NCBI GenBank assembly: GCA_964016885.1
Contig: OZ024743.1
Coordinates: forward strand, 184,388,001-184,452,000
Length of the DNA: 64,000 nt
Direction of reading: 5' to 3'
From: Eledone cirrhosa
Taxonomy: Eukaryota
Positions 55,521 through 64,000 of this stretch are shown here, one piece after another (within the stretch, counting starts at the first letter, position 1; the number at the start of each line of letters is the position of its first letter). A program made the position numbers and the translations under genes. The notes beneath the pieces are model-generated. The model did not search any database. It saw only the letters and a program-made list of their open reading frames with translations, and had not been told where the DNA came from.

Positions 55521-58500
55521 ATGGAGACTAGAACGTCATGTGACAGACTCTCACCCAACAGGTGCCCCCTGGCTCAGCAGCAGGAACCTGACTGTCAACC
55601 AAATACTGCTGATGTTGGAGGAAGAAGAAGAAGGAAAGGGGCCAGAACCAACTGGACGAAAGAATTGAATAGAACTGTTATGCAATGCTACCTGAAAAGT
55701 AACCCCAAGGAGAGGGGCTACAGGAGACGGATGCATAACATCTGGAACGAGATTGGTTTATTTAAATTAGATGAACAAAAATTGGCCGGGCAGGCTCGGG
55801 TAATAAGAACTAATGGGTGGATAAGCGAGCTGGAACTGGAGGAACTGAGCAGAGAGAATGGCTTGGAGATGGCGGGTGTAGTATGCCAGACAAGCGAGCC
55901 GGCGGGAAATCAAGGTGAGGAGGTCCTGAGAACGGAGGAACCACCCGAAGCAGACAATGATCTGAATACTGAGATAAATAATACCTGGAACAGAGATACG
56001 GCCACTAAGGAGATGAATGCTGACGGGCTAGGACAAGATTCGGTTGACATCCTAAATTTAGTGGTAGATGAGTTGAACAATGATAGTGGGAGACCTATGA
56101 ACCTAAGATTTGTAGACAGGAAAAAGTTAAAAGAAACAACAGCTAAGGTAAACAAAGTCATCCCATACCTTGAGGCGAGGAGTCTTCACCAGTGCAACAA
56201 TATCCTCAAAGCAACAGCAAATACGGTGAGGAAACTACTTGGTATAAAAGCGAGAGGAAACAACAGACAAGAAAGAGCAGAGCCGTGGTGGAAGAAGCGA
56301 CTGAGTGGGCAAATCGAGGAAATGAGAAATGACATAGGAAAGCTTGAGTCACTACTGAATGGGACACTAAAAAACATAGGCACTAAAAATAGACTGGAAA
56401 TAAAATACAAAACTAGGAGTAAAAAGCTAAATATTATCATAGAGGAATTGAAGCAACGCATTGTAGCAAAGAGTGCCAAAATCAGGCGATACGAGAACAG
56501 AGTCAGTCATTATAAACAGAACCGCATGTTCGACAACAACCAGAAGATGCTGTTTGGACAGCTTGAGGGGAAAGAAAGAGGCAACGACTTGATCCCTGGG
56601 GCGGAACAAGCTAAAACATTCTGGAGAGGAATATGGGAGCAGGATGTTAGACACAATGCCCAGGCAGGGTGGATTGAGACAGTACAGAGGGAGATCGGTG
56701 AGCAGGCACAGCAACAGACTGATTTGAGTATCACAGTTGAAACTCTTAAGGGGCAAGCCAAAAAACTAACCAACTGGAAATCACCAGGCCCAGATGGTGT
56801 GCAGGGGTATTGGATTAAACATTTAACATCCCTCCACCCGAAGCTGACGGCCATGTTCAATGACTGCTTGGTGTCGGGTGAGGTGCCAGAGTGGTTGACA
56901 AAAGGTACCACAGTTCTGATAATGAAAGACCGAATCAAGGGTAATGATGTTACCAACTATAGACCTATCACATGTCTGCCCGTAATGTGGAAACTGTTGA
57001 CGAGCATTGTGTCTGAGGAAATCTACCATCACCTCCACACAAACAACTTGTTGCCGGACGAACAGAAAGGATGTCGAAAGAAGTCACGTGGTACAAAGGA
57101 CCAGTTGCTTATTGATAAGATGGTAATGGGGAATTGCAGGAGGAGACACACTGATCTTGCCATGGGATGGATAGACTACAGAAAGGCATTTGACATGGTG
57201 CCTCATTCCTGGATCACCAAAAGCCTGGAGATCTTCAGGGTGGCAGATAACATCAGACAGTTGCTGGGCAGGAGTATGGGGTCCTGGGAGACAGAGTTGA
57301 CATCAACTGGAGTATCCTTGGGAAGCGTGAAGATCAAGAGAGGTATCTTCCAGGGAGATAGCCTGTCCCCTCTGTTGTTTGTCCTTGCCCTGATGCCCTT
57401 GACCATTATGCTGCGAAAAGTGAGAGCAGGATACAAGTTGGGAAGGGGAGAGCTTACCATCAATCACCTCCTCTTCATGGACGATCTTAAGCTCTTCGGG
57501 AAAAGTGAGAAGGAGTTGGATGTGCTTGTTGACACTGTCCGTATTTTCAGCAGTGATATATGTATGCAGTTTGGTATTGGTAAATGTGGAGTCATTGTGA
57601 TGAGGAGGGGTAGGTTGAGCAGAAGTAACGGGATCCAGATACCAACAGGTGAGATGATAAAGGAAATTGACTCTGAGGAAGGATACAAGTATTTGGGCGT
57701 TCTGGAGGCTGATGGCATAAAGAACAAAAAAATGAAGGAATTGTTAAGAACTGAATACATTCGGAGAGTAAGGAGCGTATTGAAGTCACATCTGAACAGC
57801 AGAAATGCCATAAGCGCAGTAAATTCCCGAGCTGTGTCTATTATTAGGTACAGTGCGGGAATTCTGAGATGGAATGTTGCTGAACAAAAAGAAATGGATA
57901 GGAAGACTAGGAAGCTATTGACTATCTACAACATGTTCCACAAGAGGAGTGATGTCGATAGACTCTACCTAAGGAGATCTGAGGGTGGAAGAGGTCTTAT
58001 CAGCATAGAGGACTGTGTTCAGATGGAGAAAAACAACCTATACAAATACGTGACCTATAGTAAGGAGCCAATGCTCAGAGCTGTACTGAAGGAGGGGACA
58101 GTAGGCCAGGGGATATCCAAGGAGGAAATAACATCAAGGAGGAAGAGCAGCCTTAAGGGAAAATCCCTTCATAGTACCTTCTTTGAGAAAACTGAATTTA
58201 GAGATCCACAGACATGGAACTGGTTGAGAAGAGGAGACCTCAAAAAGGCTACAGAAGGAATGCTAATGGCTGCGCAGGAGCAGGCCCTCAAAACGAAGTG
58301 GTTGAAGCACCATATCTACAAGGAGGAGGCTAGCCCACTGTGCAGGATCTGTGGAGAGAGAGAGGAGACTGTGGCTCACATTGTGTCCGAGTGTAAACAC
58401 CTAGCCCAGACCCACTATAAGGGCTGGAGACACGATGTGATGGGCAGGGTGATCCACTGGCACCTGTGCAAAGTAAACAATCTACCACATTCTGAGAAAT

Positions 58501-58913
58501 GGTATGAGCATAGGCCAGAGGCGGTGATGGAGAACAGTCAGGTGAAGGTGCTGTGGGATTTTAGGATACAGACGGACAAAAAACTGGAACACAATAGACC
58601 TGACCTGGTGGTTGTGGACAAAGAAAAAAGATCGTGCCTGATTGTGGATGTGGCCTGCCCGTTCGACACGAGAGTGCAAGAGAAGGAGAGGGAGAAAATT
58701 AACCGATACCAGGACCTAAAGTTGGAGGTGAAAAGGATTTGGAACTGCCATGAAGTCAAAGTGATCCCGATTGTCATAGGCGCACTGGGGACTATCTCCA
58801 AAGGTTTCCAGGGATGGTTAAAGAAAATCGGCCCCTTCACGCTTTTTGGAACGCTTCAAAAGGCATGCTTGCTTGGAACGGCAAGAACCCTCCGATACGT
58901 CCTGAATATCTGA
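55521..58913 (+). CDS. R4/Dong-clade non-LTR retrotransposon polyprotein (RT, CCHC, restriction-like endonuclease), intact ORF
   Basis: YRPITCL, WIDYRKAFD, GIFQGDSLSPLLF, LFMDDLK, CRICGEREETVAHIVSEC, RPDLVVVD..IVDVACP. Short 3' UTR, then a (TAA)n tail to about 59063. Confidence 0.93.
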   Translation: METRTSCDRLSPNRCPLAQQQEPDCQPNTADVGGRRRRKGARTNWTKELNRTVMQCYLKSNPKERGYRRRMHNIWNEIGLFKLDEQKLAGQARVIRTNGWISELELEELSRENGLEMAGVVCQTSEPAGNQGEEVLRTEEPPEADNDLNTEINNTWNRDTATKEMNADGLGQDSVDILNLVVDELNNDSGRPMNLRFVDRKKLKETTAKVNKVIPYLEARSLHQCNNILKATANTVRKLLGIKARGNNRQERAEPWWKKRLSGQIEEMRNDIGKLESLLNGTLKNIGTKNRLEIKYKTRSKKLNIIIEELKQRIVAKSAKIRRYENRVSHYKQNRMFDNNQKMLFGQLEGKERGNDLIPGAEQAKTFWRGIWEQDVRHNAQAGWIETVQREIGEQAQQQTDLSITVETLKGQAKKLTNWKSPGPDGVQGYWIKHLTSLHPKLTAMFNDCLVSGEVPEWLTKGTTVLIMKDRIKGNDVTNYRPITCLPVMWKLLTSIVSEEIYHHLHTNNLLPDEQKGCRKKSRGTKDQLLIDKMVMGNCRRRHTDLAMGWIDYRKAFDMVPHSWITKSLEIFRVADNIRQLLGRSMGSWETELTSTGVSLGSVKIKRGIFQGDSLSPLLFVLALMPLTIMLRKVRAGYKLGRGELTINHLLFMDDLKLFGKSEKELDVLVDTVRIFSSDICMQFGIGKCGVIVMRRGRLSRSNGIQIPTGEMIKEIDSEEGYKYLGVLEADGIKNKKMKELLRTEYIRRVRSVLKSHLNSRNAISAVNSRAVSIIRYSAGILRWNVAEQKEMDRKTRKLLTIYNMFHKRSDVDRLYLRRSEGGRGLISIEDCVQMEKNNLYKYVTYSKEPMLRAVLKEGTVGQGISKEEITSRRKSSLKGKSLHSTFFEKTEFRDPQTWNWLRRGDLKKATEGMLMAAQEQALKTKWLKHHIYKEEASPLCRICGEREETVAHIVSECKHLAQTHYKGWRHDVMGRVIHWHLCKVNNLPHSEKWYEHRPEAVMENSQVKVLWDFRIQTDKKLEHNRPDLVVVDKEKRSCLIVDVACPFDTRVQEKEREKINRYQDLKLEVKRIWNCHEVKVIPIVIGALGTISKGFQGWLKKIGPFTLFGTLQKACLLGTARTLRYVLNI

Positions 58914-58999
58914 GGCTGCAGGTAGTGGCTTGATATTCAATCCAACGGACTTTCCAGTTAACCAACATCAATGACTGAGATTCAAGGAATAACAATAAC

Positions 59000-59065
<66 letters not shown>

Positions 59066-59250
59066 GGGAAGAAGACGCACGTGGTGGTAGAAGGTCATGA
59101 AATCGCTCCCGTAAGTTTTTGATTTTTAACATATTTAAATCAATTGTGAAATAACAATTCTTAGTACAAATGATGCATAAAGCACCGAATCAAGTCTCAT
59201 AAAAATTCGGATCCATAATATATTGTTATATCGCTCAAATATTCAATTTT

Positions 59251-60128
59251 GGGCGATATCCAATTTTAGTGGACTAAATGCTGCTGATGCTGCTTACGTG
59301 CTGTAGTTGCTGCTTACTTGGTGGCTTACTGCTTGTTGCTAGCTGCTGGCTGCTGCTTACTTGGTGACTTACCTGCTTCAATGTATGAGGCTATTCCATC
59401 AAATTTACATTCCCTTTTTTTTAGCCGTTAAAAGAGATATAGATTTATTTATTGTTTTTTTTTGCGATTTATTTGCCACTGGGAAAAGAAACCCCTTGGA
59501 AAAGAAATGTCCCAGACGCGTTTGCAACGAGGAAACTGTGGGGATATGTCGCCGGCCAACAAATGGTCCTCTTCTTCCGATACCACTTCGCAAGAAGGAT
59601 CAAGGTGGAGAGAAAGGCACTCAGTCCCAGCCAATTCCATGAAAGATGGGTGAAAGTAGCAATAATGGCCCGTGTAAGTGGGCCATCTCTCTATATCTGC
59701 TTGTATAGGTAAGAGAAGAAGGGAGCACCCCCTCTCTCTGTGCTCCCTGGCAGAAAGGTCGCACACTTTCTACGGGTGTGTGTGTGACCCCAAAAGGCTG
59801 CCTCTCTATTGAGGACTTAATTTTTTATATTCCTTTTTAATCACTCGTTAAATGTTTGTACTTGATTTTTGTAAAAACTTCCCCCGCCTAATGCTCTAGT
59901 GGCAAATAAATCGCAAAAAAACAAACAAAAACGTGGCAAATAAAGAAATCTATGCCCCAGTGGCAAATAAATCGCCAAAAAAAACAATAAACAAATCTAT
60001 ATTTCTTTTAACGGCTAAAAAAAGGGAATGTAAATTTGTTGGAATAGCCTCATACATTGAAGTAAGCAGCAACTACAGCACGTAAGCAGCATCAGCAGCA
60101 TTTAGTCCACTAAAATTGGATATCGCCC
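59251..60128. mobile_element. Non-autonomous DNA transposon (MITE-like) with long TIRs and 6-bp TSD
   Basis: GGGCGATATCCAATTTTAGTGG..CCACTAAAATTGGATATCGCCC, with imperfect TIRs of about 170-230 bp. AATTTT is duplicated at 59245-50 and 60129-34. Confidence 0.88.
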
Positions 60129-61122
60129 AATTTTGTATTATACATTTTATATTCAAAAAAGAAAATGGTTATAAATGGAAGAAAACCCCCTCTGTCTACA
60201 CTATATAGAACAGCCAAACAGCAATTTCACCAACACCAGAAACTAGATACACCACCTACCCCATCACCCCGCTGTGTACACTAAATACAACAGCCAGATA
60301 ACGGCAATTTAACCACCACCACCACCAATCCCAGCATCATAATAATAATTACTATTATTATTGTCTCAAGTTTTAACAAAATGTTTAATTCCAATATTAA
60401 GGGAATATGTCAACACATATATTAAATATACGCGACACAAACGCATAGATACTACAGATCAAACAAAACTACAGTCTATTCAACAAAACTCAGTAACGAC
60501 AACGCCACCGCCGCCACCACTCCATCCATCATTGCTACCACTATCCCACCACCGCCGCCACCACTCCTTCATTGCTACCACCACTATTCCCCATTATCCT
60601 CTGTTAACTTAAGAAAGGGGAAGGTGGCGGTATCACTAGACAAGGGAGAGGCTAGCAAAAGATATAAATAGATTGATTTAGTGACCCGGCCACCGGCCAA
60701 ACGTCAACAACTATGGCACTGCTGGCTCCCCCCTTCCCCACCAACAATATAAAAAGCCCCAGCACCACCACCGACTAGGCCAACAACAATAACAGGCAAC
60801 TTCAGCAAAAAGTATATTATATTACTATAATGCACTGGGTAATTGCTGGCCTTGTGCCTGGAGTGGAGACAATTATTAATAATTTCATTCTTAAGCCAAG
60901 CAATGCTCACATTAAGGAACCACTCATGATAATAACAATTTAAAAAAACAACAAAAAGAAAACCCCGTGACCAAGAAATACCGGGATGGCGGCCGGCGGG
61001 GAATAGCCGTGTCTCTAGGGGAGAATGACCCCTCTAGTCTTCGTTGACACTCGTTCTAGAAGTGGTAACACGAAATAATTACCCCTTGGCGGATAAGGAT
61101 AAAACGCGACAAAATAAAGTAA

Positions 61123-64000
61123 ATGTCTAATGATAAAATCTCATACCGGATCGGCCGTCACCCGGGTAAAAAAGGGCCGCGTCCCTCAGAGAGGAACCAG
61201 ACTGGGGTCGAAAAATCAGCTAATGGTTCAAACCTTCCCATCACTTCGGAGCTGGAGACCTCCCATAACCGGAATACTCCTACTGTTGGCCCTCCACGCT
61301 CACCACCAAGAAATCCAAAGAAAAAGAGAGAAAAATGGTCAAGGGAAGATAATAAAGAATTCCTTGAGGCTTTCTACACTGCCATGTACTACCCATCAAA
61401 TACATCGAATACAGAACAGACATATATCAACTGCAAAAAGAAACATTCCGAAAACAGAGGCTATATTGACAGTAACAAACTAGCCAATATACGAAGAAAT
61501 ATTGTTAAAAAAAAGTTACTAACTGATATAGAAATTGATCAGATCAAGCTATTAGCACAAAGTCAGCGAATGAAAAATGAAACATGTGTCAGTGAAAACG
61601 AGGTAAATTGTAACACTTCGAATCCCAGGGTTGGGGCGGAATCACTGACAACAGAACAAATTAAAGAAAGGATCGAAAAAGTGGAGGGAGTGCATGCTCA
61701 AGATGAAACTCCAAATGAAAACAATGAGATCGTAAATTATAAAGAAATGAATGAGAATGAACTTGCCAACTTGAAGGATGAAATTATGATCGAATGGATG
61801 AATATGAAAGAATCTGACATGGGAGAACGAGACACCCTCCCTAAGATCCAGAACTCCAAACAGAACCAAAAGATAATACACAAGACTAACATAATTATCA
61901 AAAACATTATCATCACAAACAAACTAAACATTACTGATTTAAATCATCTCTATTGTGCATCGGCTAAAGTCACCACTCACTTATGTGGAGTGAAGATGAA
62001 AAAACAAAGGAATTCCCACAAGAAATCTACTTGGCAAGAGAACATCAATCGCCAAATAAACCTTCTCCGATCTGACATAGAAATTTTAAAAAACTATAAA
62101 GTAGGTGAACATGTTAAACAAACTAAACTTAGAAAATTGAAAAGAAAGTACAGTATAAAACCAACAAGTGACATAGGCATGCTGATAGAAATAATCAAGC
62201 AAAAAGTGTCGGCCAAAGCTGCTCGTATAAGGCGCTTTGAAAAACGATCTAGATTCTATAAGGACAATAATATGTTCAAAACCAACCAAAGAAACTTCTA
62301 CAGAAAAATTGGTAAGTCAACAATAACTGCTAAATCAATACCACCCAAGGAGAAAGTGCAAGAATTCTGGGAAAAGATCTGGGCCGAAGAAAAAGTTCAT
62401 AATATACATGCCCCATGGATAGACAGACAAATGAAAGATACAGCTCACCTTGAGGAACAAATATGGGAAAATATAACAGTTGAACAGTTGCGTTTGGCTC
62501 TAAGAAAAACCAGCAAATGGAAATTCCCAGGAAAAGACAAAATACAAAATTTTTTGGATAAATGCCTTCACAGAGTCTCATGAGCTGTTAGCCCAACTTT
62601 ACAATGAAATAGTTAAGGAGCCAGAAAAGATACCATCATGGCTAGTTAACGGCATTACATTCCTGCTTCCGAAGAATGATGAGACAAACAATCCCAAAAA
62701 TTACAGACCGATAACTTGCTTGACCACAATGTATAAAATTTTAACATCAGTCCTAACTGAATATACATATGACCACCTGATAACAAATGACCTATTCCCC
62801 ATTGAGCAGAAAGGGTGTAAACGAGGCTCATATGGCTGTAAGGATCAGCTTTTGGTTAACAAAATGATACTGGAAGATTGTCATAATATACACAAAAATC
62901 TATCAATTGCTTGGATAGATTATAAAAAAGCATTCGATAGTTTGCCACACAGTTGGATTGAAAAATGTTTAGAGATTTTCAAAATATCCCCCGTTGTCAG
63001 GAGGTTTTTGTCATTCAGTATGAAGACATGGAAAACGACACTCCTTTTGAATAGTGAAACAAAATCACTGGAAGCTGGAGAAGTTAATATTAATTGTGGA
63101 ATTTTTCAGGGTGACTCTTTATGACCGCTTTTATTCTGCATCGCACTTATACCATTAAGTAAAATGCTCAATGAAACAAAACATGGATATAAAGTCTATG
63201 ACAAAACCATTAATCACTTGTTCTACATGGATGACCTGAAACTATTTGCAAAAAATGAAGAACAATTGCAGGGGCTATTATCCACTGTGGAGCAGTTCAG
63301 TGATGACATTAAAATGGAGTTTGGACTAGATAAATGCGCCAAAGCAACGTTCACCAGAGGAAAGCTGCTGAAAAGTTCAGACATTAATCTTGATCGAGGG
63401 AATGTGATAAGAGAACTTGATCAAGAGGAAACTTACAAATATCTAGGTGTTTGTGAAGGAGACGGAATCAAGCACTCGACAATGAGGGAAAGGATAAGGA
63501 AGGAATGTTACCGCAGAGTAAGAGCAATCTTAAGAACGGAATTGAATGCAAGGAATAGGATCGATGCCATAAACACGCTTGCCATACCAGTAGTAACCTA
63601 CAGTTACAATGTCATCAACTGGTCAAGCACAGAGATCCGTAGGCTCGATACAAAAATTCGAAAATTCTTAACCATGCACAGAATGCATCACCCTAAGGCA
63701 GATACAGATAGAATATATCTCCCTAGGAAAGAAGGGGGACGTGGGTTAATCCAGTTAGACATTGCGTTGAAAACTGCAACAATTGGATTATCTACATATC
63801 TAAGGGAATCACATGATTGGATGATCAAACTCGTTTTGAAACACGAAAGCATCAAAAGATCATACTCCATTACAAAAGATGCACAAAGATACAGTAATGG
63901 ACTACACATTTCAGAAGTCCCATTTACTGCTGAAATGGAAAACACAGAAAAAGCAAAGCAGGTAAAAGTAACTGCAAAGAAAGAACTGCTACAGAAACTG
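61123..64000 (+). pseudogene. Second, divergent R4/Dong-family retrotransposon, disrupted, running off the window
   Basis: NYRPITCL, EQKGC, WIDYKKAFD, GIFQGDSL*PL, LFYMDDLK, YKYLG. Frameshift at about 62550 and a TGA at 63122. Confidence 0.9.

Overview
This is eukaryotic, repeat-saturated DNA, most likely from an Octopus or other cephalopod genome. That assignment is inferred from Meta-domain SINEs of the type abundant in Octopus, vast (TA)n/(TG)n tracts and a mollusc-type TLR. Only one host gene is evident: a Toll-like receptor with an intronless CDS and two tandem TIR domains (49525-52932, -). The rest is mobile DNA: about seven Penelope-like retroelement (PLE) copies or fragments (mostly YRDD/Naiad-like), a CR1-type LINE, an RTE fragment, three R4/Dong elements (one with an intact ORF), a deleted mariner, SINEs and a long-TIR MITE. 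The main signal not shown by the ORF track is RNA structure. By eye I find about 28 type I hammerhead ribozyme (HHR) motifs in the first 47 kb. Some lie in the 3' pLTRs of PLEs. Others lie in non-coding tandem units of about 467, 528, 573, 591 and 628 bp with one HHR per unit, which resemble retrozymes (circRNA-producing non-autonomous elements). Many have variant cores (U3-A8, C4, A4), very long stem II inserts and palindromic stem III. In one array the 5' end and fold-back junction coincide with the predicted cleavage site. All structures were derived manually, and none has been tested for activity. Nearly all short ORFs in the track are microsatellite artefacts.
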